Assembly (NCBI GenBank): GCA_010909165.1
Contig: VJWM01000196.1
Coordinates: 310,001 to 374,000 of the forward strand
Source: Anthoceros angustus
Taxonomy: Eukaryota > Plantae > Anthocerotophyta
Reading direction: 5' to 3'
Length of the DNA stretch: 64,000 bases
In this document: positions 51,101-62,850 of the stretch, piece after piece
Numbering within the stretch: position 1 is the stretch's first letter
How the letters are laid out: every line of letters begins with the position of its first letter
Position numbers and translations under genes: made by a program
The notes under the pieces: model-generated
What the model was told of the DNA's origin: nothing
What the model saw: only the letters and a program-made list of their open reading frames with translations
The model's database searches: none

Positions 51101-53266
51101 ACCGAGCTAAGCTCACCTGCAATGCGAACAAGTGAGGTAGGCATAGGAGGCCCAAGGTCAAGTAGAGGCCCCGAGAATTACGCAGGCGCAAAGTGGAGAA
51201 GGGCGGTGGAGGAGGTCAAAGCGGGCATCGAGGAGGCCCGGAAGGCTGAGGCCATTTACTGTGAGGAGCAGGAGGTTTTGGAAGCCCAGCTCGGGGCCGG
51301 AAGGACAGGAGGAAAAGAACCAAGGCGGGCGGACACGGTACCAGCCGCACCCAGCTGGTGCTTTCTCCCACTAGGAGGAAAACAAGCCAGCTCCCGGACC
51401 TTCACTTTGGACCCCAATTGGCGAAGGGCAAAGAAGGAGTTGGCCGCCAAGATAGCCAAGGAGGTAGAGGACCAGGCATCGGACGAAGACATGGGGCCCC
51501 TGGAAGCCGAAGGGCCTCTACCGAACCGACTCCGAAGGACGGTGTGGCATACCCTTGTGGGCGAAGATTCCACCTCCGGAGGAGTGCTTTGAGGGAGCTC
51601 GCTAGCGCAGTTGTAAGGAGCTTGCCAAGTGGGCGGGCGGTGGGCGATGGGATGGCTTGGGGCCTCTGCCATCGAGAAGACCCAAGAGGTGGAGGCCATG
51701 CGGCGGCGGATGGTGGAGCTATAAGGGGCGGTGGGCGGCCCAAGCCACGAGGAAGAAGGAGGATTGAGGAGGAGGCCGTCGGTGAGGATTGAGGAGGAGG
51801 CGCCCGATCGGCGAGGATTGGGGAGGAGAAGTGCCGATCGGTAGAGTGGGACTCGGTCCGCTCTTTAGGACCGAGCTAAGCTCCTGCAACTGTGCGAACA
51901 AGTGAGGTAGGCATAGGAGGCCCAAGGTCAAGTAGAGGCCCCGAGAATTACGCAGGCGCAAAGTGGAGAAGGGCGGTGGAGGAGGTCAAAGCGGGCATCA
52001 GAGGAGGCCCGGGAAGCTGCGGAGGCCATTTACCAGGAGGAACAGGAGGCCTTGGAAGCCCAGCTCAGGGCCGGGAAGGACAGGGAGGAAAAGAACCAAG
52101 TGACCGAGAGTACTACAGCGAGACCAGGCGGGGCCGAGGCGAAGAAGCCGAGTAGTAAAGCCTGCAGGAGCTGAGTTGGAGGTCCACGGCACACATGGGG
52201 ACCGGGTGTCCTTGGAGGAAGTCCGGGAGGCCCATCGGGACGAGATGCTAAAAAGGCTTGTGGAGCTGGCAGGATCTCCAGAGTAAGAACTAGGAGACGG
52301 AGGGAGCCCAGCAGGCAGCGCTAGAGGAGAAGGGAACATTGTCCCTGCGGCTTCAAACGACGGAGTAGAGGAACGGAATCTTGCAGGGCAGGTATGATGA
52401 CCTGGAATGGGAGATAGACCGCCTCTAGCTGAATCTTCGAGCAATGGAGACCCGGAACAAAGGAAAGCAGCTGGACATTGACCAGCTGACCAAGGATCTT
52501 GAAGAGACTAGCCGGTTAGTGAAGGTGCCGGAGCAACTCCAAGAGCAGGTGGACCACCTGAGCGAAGAAGTGGAGGATCGACGCAAGAAGCAGGGGGAGG
52601 AGCGCAAGCTGATAGTTCGACTACGCCTAGCGAAGGGTTGGGTTCGCCTTTTTACGAAGCAGCTGGAGGACCTTGGGGCGGAGCAGGAGAAGGAGCGAGC
52701 CAATGAGAAGCAAAGACTCCAAAAGCTCACAGAGGCTTCCCTCACTACTTCTCGAGATGGCGCACGGGCTAGGTTGGAGGGCCTTGGAGAGGAAACGATG
52801 CAGCGGGCAGAGGACCATGCCCGCTTGCCGGAGCTCCAGTGGCGTAGGGAGTACCGAGTACTACGGGCCTATGTGGAGGAGGCCATTCAGCAGATCAACT
52901 TGGACTTTCCCTATTACCACACGGAGCTCCTGAAGGCGGTGAGCGTGGTGCATGGCCGTAGACTCGACGGAGGAGTTGGAGGAGCCCACGGGTGAGGAAG
53001 GGCTAGAGGAAACCGCAGCCCTAGGGAACCTTGGTGCCTTGTTTGGAGATGGAAGCAGTGGCGAGGCCAAGCCGTCGAAGGAGGAGCGGCGTACGGAGGG
53101 ACGGGACGGACCAAGCATGATAGCTCCGACTGACAATGAGGTATGCTCCCCGGACCTCGTGCTTGATCTGGGGGGCCCAGAAGGGGATAGTCCGACGAGG
53201 AGGGAAGAGCCGGAGTCAGGGGAAGGACCCACTGCCGGGGTGGGTGAGGTCTGCTTTTTGCCGTGA
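48180..53266 (+). pseudogene. Long retroelement accessory ORF (N-terminal domain homologous to the element A LTR ORF, plus long coiled-coil/acidic tail); ~49190-52000 is re-iterated about 3 times
   Basis: ORF 48234-48602 and continuation KEKLEAAKAML..RSSNGW..KVDHLGDNLLVFLHALM..DRGRIIFARIEHKA; coiled-coil ORFs 50462-50827, 52444-52995 and 52952-53266. Confidence 0.55.
49194..49370 (+). mobile_element. CACTA/EnSpm-like terminus (copy at 50249)
   Basis: Begins CACTATAAGAAT, followed by clustered direct and inverted TACAAC/GTTGTA and GCCACGT/ACGTGGC subterminal motifs. No matching right end was found in the window. Confidence 0.45.
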
Positions 53267-54342
53267 GTCTCCTACCTACCCTAAAACATATGGACCGAAA
53301 ACCTTCAGCCGCCTACCAACCCTAAAATGCTTCGCCAAATTTTCAGCTGATGTGTAACCAGACTATGATGTGAAGTTAGGGAAGGCGATGGAAGAATGGC
53401 GGGGTCTCATGTACATGTACAGCTGCAAGGTGAGGCGAACACCCATTCCATGCTGTGATTTTCTGCCTCAAAATTAAATTTGATGCGTAACTAGACTGTG
53501 ATGTGACGTTAGAGAAGGCGATGCTAGTAGGGCAGGGTCTTGGGTGAATAGGGAGTGACAAGGCCGGTGCACAATAGGAGGGACGTATTTGGAGGGCGGA
53601 TCCGGTCTTTGTACGAGAAGGCAGTGTCTTGTTACTAGCAAGTAATGCATGTTAAGTGTGGACAGTGAAAACAACGCAAGGGAGTGGAAGAGGCGGGTAG
53701 CAGAGGGAGGACAGGAGTGGAGCAGCCAATAGCAGCCATGGTCGAGGCAGGGGCAAAAAGGCGCGTAATGGGCATGAGGCAATTGTCTAGGGGGAGAGAG
53801 AAGGAGGTCCGAGGACTAGGGGGGGAACATTTAGGTGCGTTAAAAGTGAGCCAAGGGAAGTCGACAGTTCGTGGCCATTGGGGGGACACGTAATGGCAGT
53901 GACGCAGAGGAGAACATGGAGGCAGAAGAGGAGGCACTTGATGAAATTCAAGGTGTGCCTTTTTAGGAGGCACTGGATAGAGAAAAATAGGCTGTTGTGC
54001 TAGAAATTTGGGGCATAAAGATGCGTCGAGATTTGCACAAATGGTAAATACAAAGTACCATATAATGAACATGTACAGACCAACATACGTACGTAACTCG
54101 TATGGCATATATATTTATTACATACAAAATATAATATGAACATATATCATTGAAAATACGATACCGTATATGTCACCGTAAATGATACACATATAGTACA
54201 AAGAACATATTGATACGGGCATTTATGTGTGGTAGTATTATGGGCGTATTAGTAGTAACGACTATGTAAACTTGGTATTCCATAGGGCAAAAGTAAAAAG
54301 AGAATGGTAGATGGGGAGAAGGTTCGGTACCAAGCCTAGAAA

Positions 54343-54611
54343 AGTGTTACAAGACCTCTCTTGTAACACTTTAGATGTTGCAATCATGTTGCAATCTGGA
54401 GAGAGGGCAAAAGCACCTCTCACTTCATCTTAACATAATTGCAACACCATTGCAACATGATTGCAACAAAAGCTGTGGTCTGGTTTCCAAGCCAAATTGT
54501 AACAAGGGGCCCAAAAAGTGTTACATGGCCTCAAAACTGCAACATGAGTGTTTCATCCAGGGGTCCAAATCTTAACATAAAGTGCAACATAGGGTGCCCT
54601 TTCTAGTAGGG
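54343..54611. mobile_element. Short CACTA-like end or non-autonomous element
   Basis: Dense (T)GCAACA/TGTTGC/GTTACA motifs, a perfect 13-bp hairpin AAAGTGTTACAAG/CTTGTAACACTTT, and the end TTTCTAGTAGGG, resembling a TTTCTAGTAGTG CACTA terminus. Confidence 0.35.
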
Positions 54612-55390
54612 TTACACTACCACGAGGGTTGGTTGAAGTCGAGGATGTGCCAGCATTATCAGGAGAATTGGTAGGGAATTTTCTGTATCATCATGTGATC
54701 ACTAGGTTTGGCTGTCTAGTAGAAATAGTGTCAGATCATGGTTGAGAGTTTGTCAATAAGGTGGTTGAGAAGGTCATGTCCATGTTCTCCATCAAGCATA
54801 TGCTGACCACGGCCTATCATCCCATGGCTAATGGTCAAGCTGAAACCTTGAACAAGGTAGCCATCAAGGTGTTGTCTAAACTTTGCCAGGATGAGCCACG
54901 ACGCTGGGATCGACATTTGTATGGCGCCCTCTGGGCCATACGGACTCGCATCAAAGTAGCTGTAGAAGTTTCTCCTTTCGAGTAAGTTTATGGAGTACTT
55001 GCTAGGGTACCCTCTCACGTCACTGCAGCAACAAGGGGATTCGGCATTCTGGAAGCCATGTCTATGGGAAAAGATGCAAGGATGGTACAGTCACATGAAT
55101 TGGATGAAGTCAGGAGAGCAGCCTACCTCATCATTGAAGAAGGGAAACTCAAGCAAAAAGAAAGGTATGATGAGTACAGGAAGGAATTCAGCTTTTCTGT
55201 GGGGGAGTGGGTCCTCAGGCTAAATGTCCGTAGGTACCTCAAAAAAGAGTCAGGGCCGAAGCTTAAGCCACGTTGGGAAGGGCCATGGTTTGTCAAAAAG
55301 ATCCATGAGAATGATCAGTAGATGTGGTAAAACCGTCTGACATGGAAACTACAGAGATGGTAAGTAGGTCCCACCTCAAGAAATTCTATT
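54612..55390 (+). mobile_element. Gypsy integrase catalytic core and C-terminus fragment
   Basis: HVITRFGCLVEIVSDHG*EF..TTAYHPMANGQAETLNK..WDRHLYGALWAIRT..SPFE..FSVGEWVL..KLKPRWEGPWFV (D,D35E core plus GPY/F-like motif). Confidence 0.92.
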
Positions 55391-55689
55391 GCTGATGATA
55401 TTGCTATGAGTAGCTGTTGGTCATGGTTAGAGTGCTCCTGTGCCATGATTTAAGGCATCTAACCTAAACCAACATGCTATTTTGGGTAGGATTAGGTTTT
55501 AGATAAGGTATGTTCTGTGAATGGCTGAGAATGTAGTTGCTGATGGCCCTGAACAAGCAGCTAATGATGGCCAGTAGAGCTACTTAAGATTGACACAGTT
55601 GTTTAGGAGGTGTGTACTTCATGCTATGGGACTCTTCTTCAATCGACTCCAGTGTAGGGTCCAAGGCAGGTGAGTCTTGGGCAGCAAAA

Positions 55690-56010
55690 TCATGATTGAA
55701 GCTCCCCATGGTTGGTAGGTCTTTTCTCATGAAACACCGACCCGTCCATCCTGCAAGCTTCCACTCCTACACAGACCTGATGCAACCATAAGTGCATTCG
55801 GAGATCTTTCCAACATTTGTGACGTCGCTGGGTCCAAGTATAAGCATTAGACCTATCCATCAGACTCAAGTCAAGGCGGTTCATTTCAAAACCTTCTATC
55901 AAGCACCATTCATGGTGTCTATTACAGTATGACAGAAACAATGTGACCTCCTTCCTGCTACAAGGCCTCTGCAGCAGCTGAGGGTCATAAGTAGGCAAGA
56001 AGGAATCCAT
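55690..56010 (-). pseudogene. Possible degenerate retrotransposon gag fragment
   Basis: LFLSYC..W..F..NRL..L..RSNAYTW..WKDLRMHL pattern resembles retrotransposon gag; weak. Confidence 0.3.
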
Positions 56011-57297
56011 GCCTAAGACTCGATGATCTAGTTTGCTGGACTGATGTGGGGATTCATAGCAAAGTTGAAAAATAGGGCTAAGGGTGAAGGAGGGCCTTAA
56101 TCTTGGTCCTCGAACTAAGAGTAGGAAGACGCAAGACCTTCCCTAGTGTATCTGAGCTGTGTGAACGATACACTACAAATTGTGGTGTGCAAATTGTGTG
56201 TGCGTGGAGTGCGAATGAAGGGGGCACGGAATTGTGTGAGTGTGACTACATCCTTGTCTTTCTTAGTAGGGGAGCGAACCCAGGCGCCAACCAGGGGGAG
56301 CCAATGTGCGAGGATAGGAATGAAACAAGGAAGATGATTTATGCGGTGTGAATGAAGCTTTCTATTTGAGAGCAAGAGGACTTTGCAACAACATTTCTTA
56401 GGGGCCAGTGGTGCCTAGGATCCTAATAGGTGCTATAAGTTTGAAGTAGGGCCAATTTTAGCAAGGGACTTCCGCTACAAGTAGGGGTCAGTATGGAAAG
56501 GGCATTCGGCAATGGACCGAGCTGTGCCCCCTTGTTCACTGTGAGGCTTCTAAGCTCTCATGCCTTGGCCCTACCAGCATTCTAGAAAGGTAGTTCCCCA
56601 TACATCTGTGTCGTGTGATTTGTGATCCTCTCGAGGCTGAATTGTTGACAGCCAGTTGTGCTTGAAGTTCCACTTATGTGTGTGTGTACGAAGCAAGGCT
56701 TGGTGAGCATGAGAACTAAGCCCATCAGCTCTAGACACCCCCCGGACCACCACAGTGATATGGTAACAATAAATCATTGTGGCCTCATAACCGGACCAAC
56801 CTACCCAATTCTTTCCTAGCACACATAGGAGGTCATTCATCAGCTGGATGTCATCCAATATGTTAAGTCCTTAGAAGCATCTTTGTATGTGTGAGACAGG
56901 CTGCGAGTGAAGGCTAAGAAGGGCCTTTGTGCCCGGGTAGGCTATCCCCTTCTGACTTCTTTTAACTTTCTATCTTTCTATCTTGTTTCAAGAGTACCTT
57001 TACTCAAGCCCATATTACTACTCTTACTACAAGCTCATTATGATTGGATTGTCTGGTTTACACTGAACGCCAGGTCTTGTAGCAATATTCTCTGCTCCGA
57101 CATTCCGTGTCAGAAATTATTTGCTCGTGTGGTCAGCTTTTGCGTGCCTGGGAGCTGCAACATATGCGGGAGGCTTGTCGCTTACGGCGCATTCCGGTGT
57201 TGCCTACGCATCGTGCGCTCCCGGCGTCGTGACGTGAGCGGAGACGCGGGATCAAGGGTGCGCGGTACGGGCAGAGGAAGCAGAAGCGGGAGCGGGA

Positions 57298-58071
57298 ATG
57301 TCGATGGCGGCGCCACAGGCCATGAAGGGAGGCTCCAATTTCTTCTTCCGCCAGCTGTTCGAGAAGGAGTCGAGCACCTACAGCTACCTGCTGGCGGACG
57401 TGGGGCACCCGGAGCGGCCGGCCGTGCTGCTGGATCCCGTGGACAGGACGGCGGAGCGGGACGAGAAGCTGATCAAGGAGCTGGAGCTGAAGCTGGTGTA
57501 CGCCGTGAACACGCATGTGCACGCGGACCATATCACGGGCAGCGGGCTGCTCAAGAAGGCGTTTCCCGGGGCCAGGTCCATCATCTCGCGGGCAAGCGCG
57601 GCCCGCGCGGATATGCAGGTGGAGCACGGCGACAGGGTGTGCTTCGGGAACCTCTTCCTGGAGGTGAGGGCCACGCCGGGCCACACCGCCGGGTGCGTCA
57701 CCTACGTCACGGGGGATACCGCGGAGCATCCGCATCCGCGCTTGGCCTTCACTGGGGACGCGCTGCTGGTGCGGGGATGCGGCAGGACGGATTTTCAAGG
57801 AGGCAGCGCCAAGCAGCTCTTCGCGTCCGTGCACTCGCAGATCCTGTCGTTGCCGCCGGACACGCTGCTCTACCCGGCGCACGACTACAAGGGCTTCACC
57901 GTCACAACCGTCGGAGAGGAGTTGCTGCACAACCCGCGCCTCACCAAGGATGAGGACGCCTTTGTGGAGCTCATGGCCAATCTCAATCTGTCTTACCCCA
58001 AGATGATGGATGTTGCTGTCCCGGCTAACCTGGTTTGCGGCATCCAAGAGGTTGCAACGCCTGCTCTGTGA
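57298..58071 (+). CDS. ETHE1: Persulfide dioxygenase ETHE1 (metallo-beta-lactamase fold), single exon, 257 aa
   Basis: [31 protein letters not shown] (HxHxDH), [49 protein letters not shown]. Confidence 0.97.
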   Translation: MSMAAPQAMKGGSNFFFRQLFEKESSTYSYLLADVGHPERPAVLLDPVDRTAERDEKLIKELELKLVYAVNTHVHADHITGSGLLKKAFPGARSIISRASAARADMQVEHGDRVCFGNLFLEVRATPGHTAGCVTYVTGDTAEHPHPRLAFTGDALLVRGCGRTDFQGGSAKQLFASVHSQILSLPPDTLLYPAHDYKGFTVTTVGEELLHNPRLTKDEDAFVELMANLNLSYPKMMDVAVPANLVCGIQEVATPAL

Positions 58072-58335
58072 GGGAAACAAGGAAAAGCCCTTCCCTCCGC
58101 CTCTCACAAAACCCCTGGCTGGACCAATTGCCAGTGGCATGCGCGCATTATGGCCATTATTGGCCCAGCATTGCACTATCTGCTGGTTGAACATGCATTC
58201 AGAGCTATGATTTAAGTTTTTCATGGACAGAACTGCCCGATTGGGCCACATTCTCTAGGTCAGAGTAGCTATCATGAATTCAAGTTGGCTTATCGTTGTG
58301 GTCTACCCCCTACACTTGGTGCAACTCATCAATGG

Positions 58336-60824
58336 CTATTTCCCCAAGTCCGAGGTCTCTTGGAAGCCCATGGCGAAGGAGATGACACGCTTTTTCAAAG
58401 GTGCAAACAGCTGCACTGCACTGAAGCCCACAGCCCTTGCCAGGTTCACAATCCCACTGTTGGCTGCAAACACCCTCTGGAACCCGTCCAAAACGGCCAT
58501 CATCGGCAGATTTGCGGCCATCCTATCGCTTTCGTAGGTCTGCAGCATCGTAACCTGCGAAGGAGGTCAACTTCAGAGCGTCAGTCTTGTGCAACAGACT
58601 GACGAGGGACTAGAAGAACGGTAGACAGCTTCAGCTTCTGGTCATCATGAAGAAAGCACGTTCTAAGGCACTAACCTCGCCGATATCCGAGCCATGCTTG
58701 ACACCATCCTTGATGACATTCACGAGAGTTGCTGCATCACCGAACCCAAGGTTGACTCCCTGTCCTGCAAGGGGATGGACCGTGTGTGCGGCATCCCCTA
58801 CTAGGGCGACTCGATGCCCGACATACCTGTTCGAATGCGACAGGGATAGTGGGAAAGATAGACGGCTACTAACCACCCCAGTCACAGTTGGTGGCACCTG
58901 AAACTGCTCAAGAGAGGATGGAGCACCGGCTGTGAACAATGTCGGGCCAAGATAACTCCGAAGCAATTCTGTCAGGTTCGCCCTGGGATATTGACCGAAA
59001 GTACCTGAGAAAGCTTGATTTACAGCCGAAACAAACTCCTCACTGCTCATCCTCTTCAGCTCCTGAGCTCTTTCAGGTGTTGTCGACCATACTATATTGC
59101 TGAAATCCTCACCCAAGGGAAGGAGTGCGAGCGGACCTGTTGGAAGAAACCTTTGCCAGGCAGTCGAATGTTCCTTATCCACTCGGACAGTGCATATGAC
59201 AGCATCTTGCCCATAGTTCCAACCTGATGTCTCAAACCCAGCCTTTTCTCTCACTTTTGACCGGCCTCCATCTGCTCCCACCTGGCCAAAAGCACAAAGC
59301 CAACAGCCAGTGTGTAAAGTCTCTCATGCTAATGTAAGAAGACAAAAAAAGTCAAGGCAATTATCAATGCCCCGTACCACAAGCCGTGTTTGTAGACAGC
59401 GTCCGTCCTCAAGCAGAACTCTAGCCCAATTTCCATTTCTTGCATCTACCGAGGACGTTGAAGCTGTGCCATTGCTTGAGATCCTTTCTTCATAGCGTTT
59501 GGGATGCCTTGAGGGGAAGACTACAGACTTCACTTGAGCAGGGCAGATCATCTGACCGAAATTTATGTCCTGAACAATAACAGTAACTACATGCATGTGA
59601 GCTTTCCAGATTCTTATATTGGTTCCAATCTGCCAACAATGGAAAAACGAGGTCCTGCTATCGAAGACTCCTGGACATACAATAGTCATGCGAGCCACTC
59701 CATAATGGTCTTGGTCACGAGGACATGCATGCTCTCACCACTTTCGAGGCAGACAAACCTGCAGGCGTGACCGAAGAGCTGAAAGGAGGACACTGTTCTC
59801 CACGACATATCTGTACACCGCTCCAAGTTGTCAGGAATTCTCAACATGATTAAACTGGAGGCAACCAGTTCAGTGGTACAAGACAGGGACATCCAATTGA
59901 CTTACCCAAGGACAGACTCCCCGACATCTGCAGCCTTGTAACGGGTGTAGCCCTGACCTGAGTAGTCCCAGACCTGCAAGACAACTTCAACAAGTTTAAC
60001 AACGAATCAAGCGCACAGGAAACACTGAAAGCATTCCCCGCCGGACCTCCGGAGTGGTTGAGCATTACCATCTTCCTAAAGACTTACTGCATATTATCTT
60101 GAAAAATGGAACGAGAGTTTTGCATAGGTGCAACCCCTATACCTACGGTCCAAAGATGCAGACAAGCCAGTTGGACTACCTGCATGGAGTCGAACGGAGC
60201 GTGCCTTGCTCCTAGGACTGCATCCCAGGCTCCAACCTCTGATATCACAAGCAAAACAAGTCGTGATCAAAAGCTCTGCCACTTCTTCAGAAGTCATTCT
60301 CTGGCAAGCAACAACCACACTTGCTTACCTCGAAAGAACGAGACCGTCGAAGGAGTAATGGCACTGACCCTAGCATCCGGAGCAGCAGCTGCTTTCTTCG
60401 ATGCATTCTCCTTGGGGAAGCCACTGCCATCGACAATGGCAGCACGAAGCGCGCTTGTGCAGGGCGACGTAGCTGGCCAAGGGGCACAAAGAGTGGAGTC
60501 ATCCGCCAATTCGCAAAATAGTAACCACCACCAGGAAGGAAGCAGGACGCGAAACAGAGGCACCTACTACGTACCTAACCCACATGCAACTGCTGCTCCA
60601 ACTAGCCCACCCCCGACAATCACAACATCCTGTTCGTCTTCGACCAGCGCCGCCAACGTGCAGGGTCCTGCCAATTCACTTGAAGGCCTTGCCGAGGATG
60701 ACAGGGCCCTGACCACATTTCTGTGTATCGCCTCAACAGCGTATGTGGAGCGCCGCCAAGGTACCATATTCGACCCCTCCGTCTCCGCTTGCCCGTCGTT
60801 CTCCGGATGGTCAGTGTGAGGCAT
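58336..60824 (-). CDS. COQ6: Ubiquinone biosynthesis FAD monooxygenase COQ6; 8 exons (start 60824 or 60767 to 60575; 60472-60329; 60238-60180; ~59974-59910; ~59810-59759; ~59571-59378; ~59281-58676; ~58557-58336)
   Basis: DVVIVGGGLVGAAVACGL (FAD GxGxxG), PDARVSAITP, MQVWD, YVVEN, VGADGGRS, AWQRFLPTGPLALLP, RVALVGDAAHTVHPLAGQGVNLGFGD, YESDRMAANLPMMAVLD. Junctions are in frame. Confidence 0.96.
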
Positions 60825-60844
60825 GTCCTGCCAAATTATTAACC

Positions 60845-60872
60845 TATATATATATATATATATATATATATA
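60845..60872. repeat. (TA)14 microsatellite
   Basis: Direct reading. Confidence 0.97.
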
Positions 60873-61029
60873 GGCACACACACACAAAGGTTAACTAAAG
60901 TTAAATAGGTGATTTTTAAATAAAATAAGATATATTACAAGAATTTAAGAAAAAGGTCGAGGTTTTAGGAGGCACATAGTAGCTAATTGGGTTTCTCAAA
61001 TGTTTCACAATCTAGCTTCAAAAAGAGAA

Positions 61030-62850
61030 AAAGAGACTTTATGTAAGAAAAAGAGATGAGAAATCTCATCAACCCCGAAATGAAGGGGAACAACCCTCAA
61101 GGGAGCACCAGGCGAAGGGCAACTAGCCCCCGCGATCGCCCATCTTGAAACTACTTGTTGCCCCGAGAATATCGTGGTCTGGGATATAAAAGGGCCTACC
61201 TACCACTGGTGCCAAAGATGTCACGTCCCCTACGCTTGATGCCACCCTGTACACAAGGTGGGCAATGCCCTCTCCAAGGCCATGGACACCCGTTGCTTGA
61301 AGAAGGCAACTACGCAAGAAAGGGGGAGACCAACCCCATTCTTGCGGCTATAGTAAGCCTTGGCACAAGCCTTGATGAACCTGGAAAAATCCTTGCCTAT
61401 GGCCCCGTGGGTCTCGATGGCAAGGGAGATAAATACATTGTCTTCCCACTTGGGTGAGCACTTGAGAACCTTCGATATTGCGCATCCCTTCGCCCCCCAA
61501 CCGGGAGGGTTGATGATAACATGCTTGCAAACAATATCCCAAGTAGGGTTTGTTACAACCACATTCGCAACAGAAACCTAGTCCCCCGGACTAAAAATAT
61601 ATCAACTCCAAAAGAAACGTCGTTGAGCAAAGTATATGGGAGCTCCTTATAGAGCAAGAGCCTGCTCTCCTTCACCATCGAGAACATGACATCGCGGACG
61701 ACGTCATGCGCAGCGATGCGCTGCCCGCTAGCGAAACAACGAGCGAGGTGATAAGAGAGTGCAGGCCGGAGGTTGGACCAAACCCAATCGGAACCTCATT
61801 ATGGTACAAAAAGAACTCGATGAGATTCGGAAATCCTATATGCAAGGTCGGGCCAGAAGCCAGGAACCTGCTCCCTTCCCCAAGCAAGAGCAGAGGCTAG
61901 CTCCGGGTCTGTCGGAAAATGGAGGAATCTAGGAGAAGGGCCGCTGCGCCTGCCCATACTACTTCTCCTTGGAGGATAAAGATTCCCTAGCCATCCTCAA
62001 GGACACCTGCAAGGGGAAGGCTCCCTCCTCAATGCTTGAAACCAAGGTCTCCAAGATGTGGGAATCCCTGATTAAAAAACAGGAGGCCAGGATGGGGTAG
62101 AGAGGGCCCAACTCCCTAGGAAGACCGCTGGCGTGGAGGCTTCCGTGGCCAACCAACTTGTGCCCCGAAAAATGACAAGTAGAGACATTTGTTGGCACGC
62201 CAGATCCCCAATGATCCACTCGAAGGTGCCTGGGCTGATGATGTCACCCAGCACTTGCATAACTTGTTTGTTAAAGCCCCTCAGGCTAGAGAGGAAAGCC
62301 AGAGAGGGGGCCACCATACGCACAAGATACCCCGGCTGACACGCAAAGCATGCACAAAGGATACCGAACGTCACCTGTGCGTCCCCCATTGGAGAAAGAT
62401 CCTCAATATGCGCCAAGTCCTCCTTCAAAGCTACGTCCACAAAATCCTGCATGAAGGCCGGCAACCCCACCGGGTCACCTAAAACTTGAAGTCTTTGCGG
62501 AGAAGTAATATCCCCCTTCAAATAATGGAGAGAGGGCGTAACACCCGCATGGGACCATACCTGGGACTTAAAGACCTTAACTTTCACATCGAGGCGAAAG
62601 AAAGCATAGGAGAAGAGCTCAAAAGCTTCATTGACCTTGGCCCCCGGCCCAAGGACAGGGTATCATCCGCCACAGACGAACACATACATTCCCATACTAA
62701 AGAGGCAATTAAATCCAGAGCTGTGAAGTGCAATGTAGCGAAGAGGGCACCCCCCATGGGATTCCCCAGCCTCGTACCTGGCCACCGAGTCGAGCATGGA
62801 AACCCTTTGACTAAGGGTCCATGCTCATAATAGAGGCTTCGGAATTTCAA
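61030..62850 (-). mobile_element. 5'-truncated, decayed CRE-clade non-LTR retrotransposon (same family as 29190-30480)
   Basis: RT motifs GTRLGNPMGGALF and VADDTL (ORF 62584-62850); VLGDPVG..LGDII.PGTF..AVFLGSWAL (ORF 62072-62587); FISLAIETHGAIGKDFSRFIK..RVSMALERA (ORF 61230-61562). The 3' UTR aligns with 30360-30470. Confidence 0.88.

Noticed and set aside
56907-58251. Long overlapping ORFs 56907-57953 (+, 348 aa) and 57133-58251 (-, 372 aa)
   Set aside because: Shadow frames of the GC-rich ETHE1 coding sequence; no recognisable motifs.
60106-60819. 237-aa plus-strand ORF
   Set aside because: Antisense to COQ6 exons 1-3 and their introns; low complexity with no motif.
30949-60824. Biosynthetic gene cluster (CYP51 + COQ6 + ETHE1)
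   Set aside because: These are conserved housekeeping genes of unrelated pathways, spread over 30 kb with no scaffold synthase.
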